Assembly: GCA_905182175.1 (NCBI GenBank) | Contig: CAJJAT010000016.1 | Location: 1,202 to 65,201 of the forward strand | Length of the DNA: 64,000 nucleotides | Reading direction: 5' to 3' | DNA from: Flavobacteriales bacterium UBA1494 | Lineage (GTDB): Bacteria; Bacteroidota; Bacteroidia; Flavobacteriales_E; Vicingaceae | In this document: positions 27,563 to 37,397 of the stretch, in pieces | Numbering within the stretch: position 1 is the stretch's first letter | How the letters are laid out: each line of letters opens with the position of its first letter | Program-made: the position numbers and the translations under genes | The notes under the pieces: generated by a model | What the model saw: the letters and a program-made list of their open reading frames with translations, nothing else | Database searches by the model: none | Told to the model about the DNA's origin: nothing

Positions 27563-28363
27563 TTAAATTGTAGCCCTCATAAAGTGCTTTTGTTGCTCTA
27601 AATAGCCAAGAATAGCCGTTTTGTAGGTTCTGCTTATAGGAATTTGGATCTTACCAAGTGTCATAAACTCTCTGTTGTAGCTGCTAATTTTACTCGTGTT
27701 AACAATGAAAGAACGGTGTGTTCTCTTAAAGTTGGGAGGAAGTCGCTTAATTATTTTGCTAACCTTTTCTTTGGTTACGATTTCACCGTCCTCCGTTACT
27801 ACTTTAAGGTAATCTGAGAGGCTTTCGATGTAACGTATACTCGATAGATTTATCGGATGGTTTGTTCGGTTGTATCGAATTGTAATTTTATTGGAAGGAG
27901 CTGTGGCAATCTGCTCCTTCTTATTTTCCAAGCCTTGTATAATGATTTCTTTTTGATTTAATTTTTGAATAATCTCGATAACAACTTTAAGTAATACGAG
28001 TAGGTATAAGATTAAACTCAGGTTATCAATATTTAGGGTAAGCAACGATTGTTGCCCCATTTGGAAAGAAGAAAAGACAAACAGGGCAAGAAAAGTAATG
28101 AGGTACTGCAAGTAAAGAGAAATGATAATGGTGTAGACACTGTATAAAACAAATAATCCAGTCTTTTTTCTTATCAGAAATTCAGGAATTAATCTATTAT
28201 TTAAATAATAAGCGGTACCGATTACAACGGGTAAAAGGAAGGTAATAAAGTAAAAGACTTGACTAAAGGAATGGCCTTTACTTACAAAGAAAACAAGTAA
28301 CAATAGGGTGGTAAAAAACCAATACCACGTTGTTTTTAAAAAGTCAATAATTTTCATAACCAT
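27563..28363 (-). CDS. Membrane-anchored LytTR DNA-binding domain protein (no receiver domain)
   Basis: 266 aa, about 5 N-terminal TM helices, and C-terminal LytTR (IRYIESLSDYLKVVTEDGEIV...HRSFIVNTSKI). Confidence 0.7.
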   Translation of the reverse strand: MVMKIIDFLKTTWYWFFTTLLLLVFFVSKGHSFSQVFYFITFLLPVVIGTAYYLNNRLIPEFLIRKKTGLFVLYSVYTIIISLYLQYLITFLALFVFSSFQMGQQSLLTLNIDNLSLILYLLVLLKVVIEIIQKLNQKEIIIQGLENKKEQIATAPSNKITIRYNRTNHPINLSSIRYIESLSDYLKVVTEDGEIVTKEKVSKIIKRLPPNFKRTHRSFIVNTSKISSYNREFMTLGKIQIPISRTYKTAILGYLEQQKHFMRATI

Positions 28364-28528
28364 ACAGCAAATCTAACCTATTTAAGTACTTGTAAGGTTG
28401 TTTGTCGGTAGAATACAGCTTGCGAAATGGATTCTACCTTGCATTATAGAAGAGTTACACCATAGGTTTGAGGTGTTCATTTATTTAATAACTTGGAGAT
28501 GAAATAATCTCTGCAAAATTTTAGAAGT

Positions 28529-28879
28529 ATGTATAATTTATTTTCGCAAGGTGGTCCATTATTTATGGGAATTCTAACACTTATTTTACTGTCTCTTTTA
28601 GCTTTGTTTGTACGGGCAATTGTAAAAAAAGGAGATGAGAAACAATTGAGTAAATCAGTGCAATGGTTGAAGGCAATAGGAACCTTAGGGCTGGTAGTCG
28701 GCATTTTAGGTCAGTTAATAGGACTTTTTAGCGCCTTTTCAGTAATAGAAGCTTCCAACGGGATGTCATTGGGCATTTTGGCAGGAGGGCTCAAAGTATC
28801 TTTAATTACCACGCTTTACGGGGTGTTAATTTACCTCATATATCTGCTGTGCTCTATGGTTTTGAGGCGTATAAAATAA
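28529..28879 (+). CDS. Small MotA/TolQ/ExbB-like membrane protein
   Basis: 116 aa, 3 TM helices. GTLGLVVGILGQLIGLFSAF...LAGGLKVSLITTLYGVLI resembles the conserved channel helices of MotA/ExbB. It is divergent from the membrane LytTR gene. Confidence 0.45.
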   Translation: MYNLFSQGGPLFMGILTLILLSLLALFVRAIVKKGDEKQLSKSVQWLKAIGTLGLVVGILGQLIGLFSAFSVIEASNGMSLGILAGGLKVSLITTLYGVLIYLIYLLCSMVLRRIK

Positions 28880-28925
28880 GAGTCCCAGGTCTAATCTTTG
28901 AAAGGGGGCTTATAACAAGTCGAGT

Positions 28926-28960
28926 ACTGCACAAACGCTATTGTTTGTGCAGTCTTTTTT
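28926..28960 (+). terminator. Intrinsic terminator between convergent genes
   Basis: 11-bp stem actgcacaaac / gtttgtgcagt (28926-36 / 28943-53), a 6-nt loop, then a T6 run (28955-60). Confidence 0.75.
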
Positions 28961-28983
28961 ACTGCGGATAACGGATGCCTGTT

Positions 28984-30111
28984 TTACTCACATACAGAAC
29001 CAAAGCCTTTATTAGGGTTAGCATCCATTCGTAAAATAGCTGTATCTCTCGGTAAGCTGGCATTGTTAATAGTTGGCACTGGATCGTTGTAGTTTTGTCC
29101 AGATTTAAATCCAATCGATTCTAATCTTGGAGGTTGGTTGGCGTACACATGTATTACGGAATAACCAAAAAACAGAGGCGGCTCTTTTGCTCCATTAAAA
29201 GAACTTCCACCATTTCCAGCTATAATTTGGTAGGTAGAATCTCCATAAGGTTGTCCCCGGTAATAACAATGTTTGTGTGCAGAAAGTAGGGCCGAAACTT
29301 CGTTTTTTCGCAGCACACTCCATAATTTTTCGCTGTCAGGAAAACCTGCATGTAGTGTATGAAATGATCCATCAAAATAAGCCGGTTTGTGACCCAAAAC
29401 AAATATATGGTCTACAGTATCAACTCCCCTGTAATGTTCAATTTTCTTTTTTATCCATTTAAAAGCAATCATTCCTTCTACGCCATGGTTTCCAAGAGAA
29501 TCTTCATTGTATGTATCGGTATTCATTACCACAAAGGCTGTGTTGTGTCTTACAAAAGAGAAGGTCGCTCGATTATTAAGGCTGTCAGTTGTAATAATAT
29601 CGCGGTCTATTGGCATGTATGGTGTCATGTGTTTCATCCAAGTATTGGTAGCGCCTTTTAGCGGGTATTCAGGGTCGCCATAGTGTAACATTTCATGATT
29701 ACCTGGAATAGCGACTAATTCAATTCCGCTAATTTTTAATGAGTCTTCATATCTTTTTACCCAAGCATCTAATTGAGTTCTTAAATCGCGGATAGTATTT
29801 TCTCCCTCTACCATGTCACCTAAAAAGAACAACAGCTTAGGGTGAGGTGCAATTGAATCTAAGTCATCGAAAATTCTTTGCAGTACTGGTAAATTTGCTG
29901 CAGAAGGAACAGCAGCAATTTGATCTTTCCAGTTTACTCTGTTACAGCCAACAAATGCAAAACTAAAAATAGGCGTATCTACAGCAGTTGCAAGAGTCGA
30001 TAATTCTTCAATTTGAGAATTATCTATCGTTGTTTCTGATTTACTTTTAGTGACGCAGCTTATTAAAAGTATTGCTGCGCATAGGGTAAAAAGAAAATAT
30101 AGCTTTTTCAT
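28984..30111 (-). CDS. Calcineurin-like metallophosphoesterase lipoprotein
   Basis: 375 aa. Lipoprotein signal LLISC. Metallophosphoesterase motifs FLGDMVEG, IPGNHE and VLGHKP...SAHKH. Confidence 0.8.
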   Translation of the reverse strand: MKKLYFLFTLCAAILLISCVTKSKSETTIDNSQIEELSTLATAVDTPIFSFAFVGCNRVNWKDQIAAVPSAANLPVLQRIFDDLDSIAPHPKLLFFLGDMVEGENTIRDLRTQLDAWVKRYEDSLKISGIELVAIPGNHEMLHYGDPEYPLKGATNTWMKHMTPYMPIDRDIITTDSLNNRATFSFVRHNTAFVVMNTDTYNEDSLGNHGVEGMIAFKWIKKKIEHYRGVDTVDHIFVLGHKPAYFDGSFHTLHAGFPDSEKLWSVLRKNEVSALLSAHKHCYYRGQPYGDSTYQIIAGNGGSSFNGAKEPPLFFGYSVIHVYANQPPRLESIGFKSGQNYNDPVPTINNASLPRDTAILRMDANPNKGFGSVCE

Positions 30112-30136
30112 AGCAGTAGATATTTAAATAATGGCT

Positions 30137-30152
30137 TGTGAAGCACTTCACA
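30137..30152. promoter_or_regulatory. Perfect CRP/FNR-type palindrome TGTGA-N6-TCACA
   Basis: tgtgaagcacttcaca, extended to the 18-bp perfect palindrome ttgtgaagcacttcacaa (30136-30153). Its centre is about 33 bp upstream of the phosphoesterase ATG (30111). It is the only such site I found in the window. Confidence 0.5.
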
Positions 30153-30292
30153 ATTTAAAATGAAATTAATAATTCCGATTGATTAATCAAAAAGTAAAAA
30201 TGTCAGGAAAGATTCTTTTTCTAAATTAAGAATAGGCAATGACAACTTTAACCTTTTAGAATATTTTATAAATAGGGGAGAGAGCTAAATTT

Positions 30293-30800
30293 TGTCAAAC
30301 TGAGTACATCGAAAAACTCAGCAAAGGGTTATCTTAAGTTTGTTACACTGAGCACTTCGACAAGCTCGGTGCAGTCTTATTGAAAGTATAGATAAAATAT
30401 TACTAAAGTGCTGATTATGTTTCAACGTGAAGACTAGGTGATTTTAATTTACTGGATGTTTTTTTACTTTACACTTTGCCTGTATTTCTTGCCTACCCTT
30501 CACGTTACTGCGGCTATCGCTCAGCATATACTCAAGTTCAGTATAATCTGCACCGCTCAGGATGACAAGAAAATTTCTACAATTGATTTCGCTAGGATAT
30601 AAAGAAAGGTAATACATAGCTTATAATAAGTACTGTATTGAGTGTTCTACAAAAAAAATAATCAGGAGAAGAAGAAAGATTCTGCATTAAAATTTCTCAT
30701 GATAACATGAAAGGCTCTCCATAAATGCTAATCAGGATGAGAAGAAAGGTTCTCCATGAATACCATTTGGTGTGACAAGAGAAAGGGTTTCAAATGAATT
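30293..30800 (+). repeat. Cluster of REP/MITE-like short repeats and hairpins
   Basis: Hairpins ctgagt..actcag (30300-21) and cactgagc..gctcggtg (30346-71). The 58-bp unit at 30521-78 matches 27446-27510 (reverse complement). Degenerate copies of (a/c)tcagga(t)ga(c/g)aagaaagnttc occur near 30556, 30660, 30731 and 30766. Confidence 0.6.
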
Positions 30801-31296
30801 TTTAAGTCGGGATTAATTAATAACACGACTGTTTCTGTTTTGATTTATAGAATCAATGTGACTTTTAAGAATTAATGTTTTCCAATAAAGGATAATAAAA
30901 CACTTTTTGCCAACCGCTGGAATTGCCCTGTTAGAATTTGCAGGTCAGACTGAATTTTAGTTATTTAGAATCATTCGATTAACTTTAATAGTTTAATTTT
31001 AAATCTCCAATTTTTTTAGAATTGCAAGGCTTAAAAATAAATTAGCTTTCAATTAATTGTAAGTAATTTATGATAGACGATTTATTTTAATTGAACAACA
31101 ATATTTTAGAATCTAAAATTCTATTTTTTAATTTGCTGAATAAAGTAACTTATTTTACTTTTTAGTTCCTCCTGCAATTTAATTTGAAGAAAATTATTTT
31201 AGGATTATTTTTTTTGTTGACCATTTAGCAAGTCGTTAGCTCATAAAAATAGCGATGAAAGGAAATTTTTATCTACATTTGAGAAAATTGAGACCT

Positions 31297-32256
31297 ATGA
31301 AAATATTGACTTTAGTGTTGTTTTTGTGCATGTTAGCTATAGGTGCATTCGCTCAAGCCTCCGATTCCTTAGAAGGTAATACCTCTACATATCTAATTAT
31401 ACAAACAGATGGGACTGAGATTATAGGGAAAATTTTAAGACAAGATGAGCGAGAAGTATATGTCTTAACAATAGACGATAGAAAAATTTATATTCCTCAG
31501 TATGTAATAAAGGAAATTGTTTTATTAAAATCATCAGACTTCAACAGTCAAGGTACGTTTGTAGGAGAAGATGCTTTTGCGACACGCTATTTTATTACAA
31601 CCAATGGGTTGCCAATAAAAAAAGGAGAGCACTATGTGCAATGGAATTTATATGGCCCCGATTTTCATTTTGCAGTAAGAGACGATTTAAGTATAGGGTT
31701 TACCACCTCATGGGTTGGAATTCCAATTATTGGAAACATAAAAAAATCTTGGCAACTGAAAGAGAAGACACACGTTGCATTAGGAGCTTTAGTCGGGACA
31801 GGTTCTTGGGCTGTTCCATCTTTTGCAGGGGTTCTGCCATTTGGCTCAATCTCTTTTGGTGATAGATCGAAGAACATAGCATTTTCTGCTGGTTATGGAG
31901 CTATTTTTATAGACGGTGAAGTTACTGGCAGGGCAATGACAAGCGTTGCAGGAATGATTAAATTGTCGAATAAAATCAGCATCGTTTTTGATTCATTTAT
32001 TTTACTTCCTGGTCAAACCACAACAGAAACAAGAACGTATGATTCAGGTTTTATAAATCCTACAACTGGTTTATATGAGTCCCAGATAATAACAGAATCA
32101 TATCAAGATAGACAGCGTGGTTTTGCGTTAATTATACCTGGGTTAAGATGGCACCAAAGTGCGAGGAAAGCATTCCAGATTGGTTTTACTGCAGTTACAG
32201 CAGATGGTGTTTCACCATTTCCAATTCCTACCATTCAGTGGTACAGAAAGCTGTAG
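31297..32256 (+). CDS. Secreted/outer-membrane hypothetical protein
   Basis: ORF with signal peptide MKILTLVLFLCMLAIGAFAQ (ATG at 31297; the track start 31255 is less likely). Gly/aromatic-rich, C-terminal QWYRKL. No recognisable family. Confidence 0.45.
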   Translation: MKILTLVLFLCMLAIGAFAQASDSLEGNTSTYLIIQTDGTEIIGKILRQDEREVYVLTIDDRKIYIPQYVIKEIVLLKSSDFNSQGTFVGEDAFATRYFITTNGLPIKKGEHYVQWNLYGPDFHFAVRDDLSIGFTTSWVGIPIIGNIKKSWQLKEKTHVALGALVGTGSWAVPSFAGVLPFGSISFGDRSKNIAFSAGYGAIFIDGEVTGRAMTSVAGMIKLSNKISIVFDSFILLPGQTTTETRTYDSGFINPTTGLYESQIITESYQDRQRGFALIIPGLRWHQSARKAFQIGFTAVTADGVSPFPIPTIQWYRKL

Positions 32257-32385
32257 TAAATGAGAGCTTTCTTGTTTTACTTAGTGATATTAAAGTATTT
32301 TAAATTACAGAATACTTGAATTAAGCCAAGTGGGCTGATTGATTTTTCTGTGCTTAATATTGTTTCCTATCCAAATGAAAGCACT

Positions 32386-34824
32386 ATGAAATCACTAAAG
32401 CTACTTTTCGCCTTACTTTTAATCAGCTCTATTTCCTTCTCTGTAAAAGCACAAAAAAGGAAAGGTAAAAAAGGAAAACAAAATACCTCCTCAAGTAAAC
32501 CAGAAAAGAAATCTGAAATTAAGGCGTATAAAGAAATTATAACCGCCAAGGCCAAAAGTGACGATGGGATTTTTCACGTTCATCAGGTAGGAGAGTACTA
32601 CTATTTCGAAATACCATTTCGCCAGCTAGAAAAAGACATGTTGTTGGTGAGTAGAATTGCTAAAATTCCTGCAGGACTAGGTGGAGGGTACTTAAATGCG
32701 GGTTCTAAAACGAACGAACAAGTTGTTCGCTGGTCCAGAGTAAACAACAGCATTCATTTAAAGTCGATATCATTTAACAGTGTGGCAGACGAAGAATTGC
32801 CAATTTTTAAATCTGTAGTTGATAACAACTACGCTCCTGTATTGGCTGCATTTAAAATTAAAGCCTTTAACAAAGACTCAACTACCGCTGTAATTGAAGT
32901 GAACGAATTTTTTTTGAAGGACATTCCTGCACTTAGCGGACTAAATAATTCGTTAAGGAAAAAGTATAAAGTGAAAGGGCTAGATAAAGCACGAAGTTTT
33001 ATTAACCGAATGCAGAGTTACCCTGAGAATATAGAAATACGTCATGATATGACCTATTCAGCTTCTGAGCCACCAAGTGATTACCGATCAGGAACAATTT
33101 CCATGCAAATGAGCCAGTCTTTGTATTTATTGCCGGAGCAGGCAATGCAACCACGGTTGTTTGATAAAAGAGTAGGCTGGTTTACCGTAAGTCAAATAGA
33201 TTACGGATCAGAAGCGTTAAAGGCAGATGAAAAAACTTACCTGAGAAGATGGCGATTAGAGCCAAAAGACGCTGAAGCGTATGCCAGGGGGGAACTAGTA
33301 GAGCCCATTAAACCAATTGTTTACTATTTAGACCCTGCGACTCCGAAAAAGTGGAGACCTCATTTTAGACAAGGAATAGAAGATTGGCAAACAGCGTTTG
33401 AGGCGGCAGGTTTCAAAAATGCAATCTTGGCAAAAGACGCCCCAACTAAAGAGGAAGATCCAGATTGGAGTCCTGAAGATGCTCGGTACTCCACAGTTCG
33501 TTATGTGGCGACTTCCACGAGAAACGCAATGGGACCGAGTGTAAGTGACCCTCGTTCTGGGGAAATTATCGAAAGTGATATAGTTTGGTATCACAACCAT
33601 CTACGTTCGTATAGAAATAGGTACTTATTAGAAACTGGAGCTGCAAACCCAAAGGCTAGGACATTGAATACACCTGAGGAGGAAATTGGAGAAATGATGC
33701 GCATGGTTATTTCGCATGAAATTGGCCATGCGTTGGGACTTCCGCATAACATGAAGGCAAGTTTTGCATACCCGACAGATTCGTTGCGCTCGCCTAGCTT
33801 TACCAATAAATGGGGGCTGGCATCTACTTTAATGGATTATACAAGATATAATTACGTAGCTCAACCTGGAGATGGAGAAGTGCGATGGGTGCGCATGTTA
33901 GGACCTTATGATTCTTATGCTATAAATTGGGGATATAGAGTTATTCCGAATGTAAATTCAGCACAAGATGAAAGGGCAACGTTAAATACATGGATTAATG
34001 AAAAGGCAGGCGACCCTGTTTATTTATTTGGTGGTCGTAATCGTTTCGATCCTAGCTCGCAGACGGAATCAGTAGGAGATGACCCAATAAAGGCAAGTTC
34101 TTATGGATTAAACAACTTGAAAATAGTTGCGAAAAATTTAAATAAATGGACGGCAACAGCTGATGAAGGCTATGAAGACTTGGAAGAGTTATACGGAGAA
34201 TTGATCAGTGTATGGTCTCGGTATTGCGGACATGTAGTAACGAATGTAGGAGGAGTTTACGAAGAGTTACTGACGACAAACCAAGAAGGGCAAGTATATA
34301 CTCATTTGACAAAAGTAGAGCAGCGAGCTGCAGTAAAATGGTTGAATGATAATGTATTTGTTTCGCCGGATTGGTTAATTCAATCAGACATAGTTAAAAA
34401 CATTAGTCCGAGTGGAAGTGTAGAGCAAATTCAGAAAATGCAAACTCGGCAACTAAGGTATTTATTGAGTAGAAGTCGTTTGCAACGAATGATAGATAAT
34501 GAATCGTTTAATGGAAGTGATGCATATGACTTAGCTTCTATGCTTAGTGATTTAAGAACAGGGGTTTGGAGTGAAGCGATGTCGAGTAGTAAAACGGATG
34601 CTTATCGAAGAAACATTCAAAGAGCTCATGTGATTCGATTAGGAGAATTGATGAAAGATGAAAGCAAATTACGTTCTGATATTCAATCGGTAGCTAGAGC
34701 AGAATTGAACGCAATCCAAAGCCTGGCAAAATCTAGAGCAAATAGCTATGGTGCTGGAATGGATCGTTATCACTTGCAGGATGTTGTAGCTTTAGTGGAT
34801 GAGATCTTTAAGAACGTTTATTGA
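32386..34824 (+). CDS. Secreted zinc-dependent metalloprotease (met-zincin, DUF5117/DUF4953-type)
   Basis: Signal peptide MKSLKLLFALLLISSISFSVKAQ (ATG at 32386) and zincin motif VISHEIGHALGLPHN. Confidence 0.8.
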   Translation: MKSLKLLFALLLISSISFSVKAQKRKGKKGKQNTSSSKPEKKSEIKAYKEIITAKAKSDDGIFHVHQVGEYYYFEIPFRQLEKDMLLVSRIAKIPAGLGGGYLNAGSKTNEQVVRWSRVNNSIHLKSISFNSVADEELPIFKSVVDNNYAPVLAAFKIKAFNKDSTTAVIEVNEFFLKDIPALSGLNNSLRKKYKVKGLDKARSFINRMQSYPENIEIRHDMTYSASEPPSDYRSGTISMQMSQSLYLLPEQAMQPRLFDKRVGWFTVSQIDYGSEALKADEKTYLRRWRLEPKDAEAYARGELVEPIKPIVYYLDPATPKKWRPHFRQGIEDWQTAFEAAGFKNAILAKDAPTKEEDPDWSPEDARYSTVRYVATSTRNAMGPSVSDPRSGEIIESDIVWYHNHLRSYRNRYLLETGAANPKARTLNTPEEEIGEMMRMVISHEIGHALGLPHNMKASFAYPTDSLRSPSFTNKWGLASTLMDYTRYNYVAQPGDGEVRWVRMLGPYDSYAINWGYRVIPNVNSAQDERATLNTWINEKAGDPVYLFGGRNRFDPSSQTESVGDDPIKASSYGLNNLKIVAKNLNKWTATADEGYEDLEELYGELISVWSRYCGHVVTNVGGVYEELLTTNQEGQVYTHLTKVEQRAAVKWLNDNVFVSPDWLIQSDIVKNISPSGSVEQIQKMQTRQLRYLLSRSRLQRMIDNESFNGSDAYDLASMLSDLRTGVWSEAMSSSKTDAYRRNIQRAHVIRLGELMKDESKLRSDIQSVARAELNAIQSLAKSRANSYGAGMDRYHLQDVVALVDEIFKNVY

Positions 34825-35016
34825 GTAAATATTTCGCAAGAAGCTTGTTGAAGTCGATGTTTTGAAATTTTAAAGAAAATAAAAAAAGGGCGGTTAATTT
34901 AAAAATAGCTATTATCGAACTAAAAAGAGTGGCCTAAGCTAATAATTGATCGGCAAATAACAAATCGGTTTACCTGATTGAGTGTTTTTACAGAAGCAAA
35001 TAATTAAAATTTAAGC

Positions 35017-35049
35017 AAAAAAAAGCCTCACAATTGCGAGGCTTTTTTT
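35017..35049. terminator. Candidate bidirectional terminator between convergent genes
   Basis: A8 run, hairpin gcctc-acaattgc-gaggc (35025-42), T7 run. The stem is short (5 bp). Confidence 0.5.
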
Positions 35050-35054
35050 AGAAA

Positions 35055-35285
35055 TCAGCTGTCTGCTTTCTTTTTTCTTTTTTTCTTTTTATCGTTAACG
35101 AATGAATCGTCAATAACTTCTCCAAGAACTTTTACCTCTTTTGTTCTTTCAAAGTTTTTCTTTGCCACCATCATTTCTTCTAGTGTATCTCTTCTAATCT
35201 TTATTCCGGATTTTGCGCCTTGATTTTTTACCTCTAAGTAAAATCCGTCTTTTAATTTCTTTGGTTTCGTGGAAGGTCTTCCCAT
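35055..35285 (-). CDS. Small lysine-rich hypothetical protein
   Basis: 76-aa ORF immediately downstream of mtaB, with a very basic tail KKKKRKKKADS. No known motif. Confidence 0.4.
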   Translation of the reverse strand: MGRPSTKPKKLKDGFYLEVKNQGAKSGIKIRRDTLEEMMVAKKNFERTKEVKVLGEVIDDSFVNDKKKKRKKKADS

Positions 35286-35298
35286 AATTTTTCGTTTT

Positions 35299-36648
35299 TT
35301 ACGCCATCACCGGCGCTAATTTATCAACTAATATTTCTGCTCTAATTGTTCCATCAGCATTTACATGTGTTGGAATCACCCTTTTTAGTTGGTTAATCCA
35401 TTCTGGGTTATACGCAGATTTTATCTTTAAATAATTTTCAGTGAAACCATACATCTCACCACTTTGTTCCTGTTCCTCGAAAAGTACAGTAAATTCCTTG
35501 TTTAATTGGCTTTCGTAGAAAAATCTTTTCTTTTTTTCTGAAAACTGTTGTAAAAATTTACTTCTGGCTCTTCTAACTTCCACAGGCACCATATCTGTTC
35601 TTCGAACTGCCACCGTATTGTTTCGCTCTGAATAAGAGAAAACGTGCAGGTATGATACATCTAATGACTTTAAAAATTCGACAGTTTCGTTAAAAAGCTC
35701 CTCTGTTTCTCCCGGGTAACCAACAATTACATCCACACCGATGCAGGCATTGGGCATCTTTGCTTTAATACGCTCTACTCTATCAACATATAATTCCTTG
35801 CGATAGCGACGTCTCATGGCTTCTAATATCTCGTTTGACCCTGATTGCAAAGGAATGTGAAAGTGTGGTGCAAAACGCCTCGATTGGCCAACGAAGTCAA
35901 TAATTTCGTTTGACAACAAGTTTGGCTCGATGGAAGATATTCTAAATCGATCAATGCCTTCAAGATTATCTAATTCTTGAACGAGGTCAAAAAAGCTTTC
36001 GTCTGTTCCTTTTCCAAAATCTCCAATATTAACTCCCGTCAATACAACTTCTTTAACTGCTGTGGCTTCTAGTTCACGCGCAGTTTTCATCGTCTCAGCG
36101 ATTGTATTGCTTCTACTCCTTCCTCTTGCTAGGGGAATCGTGCAAAAGGAACAAAAATAATCACAGCCATCTTGTACTTTCAAAAACGATCTTGTCCTGT
36201 CTCCCAAAGAGAAGGATGGAACGAACTCTTTAACGTATTTAATTTCAGAGGTTACAATTTTGTTGAAATACGCTTCTTTTTCCCATTCTTGCACATGGTG
36301 CAATAAATTGAATTTCTCCTGAGCCCCTAAAACAATGTTTACTCCATTAATACCTGCAATTTCAGCTGGTTTTAATTGAGCGTAACAACCAATTACTGCA
36401 ATAAAAGAATTAGCAGAAAGGTTTCTAGCTTGTTTTACGATCTGTCTGCATTTTTTATCAGCTTGTTCTGTAACCGAGCACGTATTAATTACTACAATAT
36501 CAGCTCCTGATTTAAAGTCAACTTTAGCATACCCATTTTCTTCAAAAAGCCTTGCTATGCCTGAGGTTTCTGAAAAGTTAAGTTTACAGCCAAGGGTATA
36601 AAACGAAATGGTCGAAGTATGCTGCATAAGATTTGCGAAAGTAGGCAT
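35299..36648 (-). CDS. mtaB: tRNA (N6-threonylcarbamoyl-A37) methylthiotransferase, radical SAM
   Basis: N-terminal UPF0004 cysteines (FYTLGCKLNF, INTCSV), the radical-SAM CDYFCSFC cluster, and a C-terminal TRAM-like region. Confidence 0.8.
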   Translation of the reverse strand: MPTFANLMQHTSTISFYTLGCKLNFSETSGIARLFEENGYAKVDFKSGADIVVINTCSVTEQADKKCRQIVKQARNLSANSFIAVIGCYAQLKPAEIAGINGVNIVLGAQEKFNLLHHVQEWEKEAYFNKIVTSEIKYVKEFVPSFSLGDRTRSFLKVQDGCDYFCSFCTIPLARGRSRSNTIAETMKTARELEATAVKEVVLTGVNIGDFGKGTDESFFDLVQELDNLEGIDRFRISSIEPNLLSNEIIDFVGQSRRFAPHFHIPLQSGSNEILEAMRRRYRKELYVDRVERIKAKMPNACIGVDVIVGYPGETEELFNETVEFLKSLDVSYLHVFSYSERNNTVAVRRTDMVPVEVRRARSKFLQQFSEKKKRFFYESQLNKEFTVLFEEQEQSGEMYGFTENYLKIKSAYNPEWINQLKRVIPTHVNADGTIRAEILVDKLAPVMA

Positions 36649-36680
36649 TTAAGCAAAGAAAGTCAAGTGGCCGTAATGTT

Positions 36681-37397
36681 CTACTTTAGTTGGTCAAAAA
36701 TAATATTCTTGAAGGTATCGTTTACCCAAAAATTATACATTCTTCCACTTGGATGAAGTTTGTCGTCCGCAACTAAACTACTGTCAAACTGAGCTTTTTG
36801 GGAGATTGGAGTATTGTCGTAAAAAACGATGTTTAAGCTTTGTGCAACATCTTTGCAAATAGAGTTGTACTGCTTTACTTCAGAAGCAATTTTGTTGTGG
36901 TCCTTTCCGCCTACAAATGGCATAATACTGTAATCAGGAATACTAAATACAAAAATACTTTTTGCTCCATTTTTAGATAAAGAGATAGCTTTTTCAAGAA
37001 TAAGTTTAAACTCCACTGTAAATTGACCGAAGTCTCTTCCTTGACGTTGGTTATTCGCACCAATTAAAACAGAAACCAAGTCGTATTGCTCTTCAACTTC
37101 TTTTATAGATTCTAGTAAATCGTCAGTTCTCCAACCTGTTTTCGCAATAATTGTTGGTTTACTGATTTTTATTTCTGAATTTTCATTGATTTTTTTGACC
37201 AATTGAAAAGGAAAAGATTGTTCTGCTGCAATCATTTCTCCGATAGTATACGAATCACCTAAGGCCAAATAGGCAATGCTATTTTCACCCTCTAATAATA
37301 TGCCTTCATTCTTGTTGCTTAATTTGCTGCTGCTAGTGCAAGCAATTACGGAGGTAATAATTAGAAATGAACAAAATAGTCTCATTTTAACCCTCAA
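36681..37397 (-). CDS. SGNH/GDSL hydrolase lipoprotein
   Basis: Lipoprotein signal ...VIAC, block I LALGDSYTIGE, block III GANN, and a C-terminal DxxH-like DDKLHPS. Confidence 0.75.
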   Translation of the reverse strand: MRVKMRLFCSFLIITSVIACTSSSKLSNKNEGILLEGENSIAYLALGDSYTIGEMIAAEQSFPFQLVKKINENSEIKISKPTIIAKTGWRTDDLLESIKEVEEQYDLVSVLIGANNQRQGRDFGQFTVEFKLILEKAISLSKNGAKSIFVFSIPDYSIMPFVGGKDHNKIASEVKQYNSICKDVAQSLNIVFYDNTPISQKAQFDSSLVADDKLHPSGRMYNFWVNDTFKNIIFDQLK

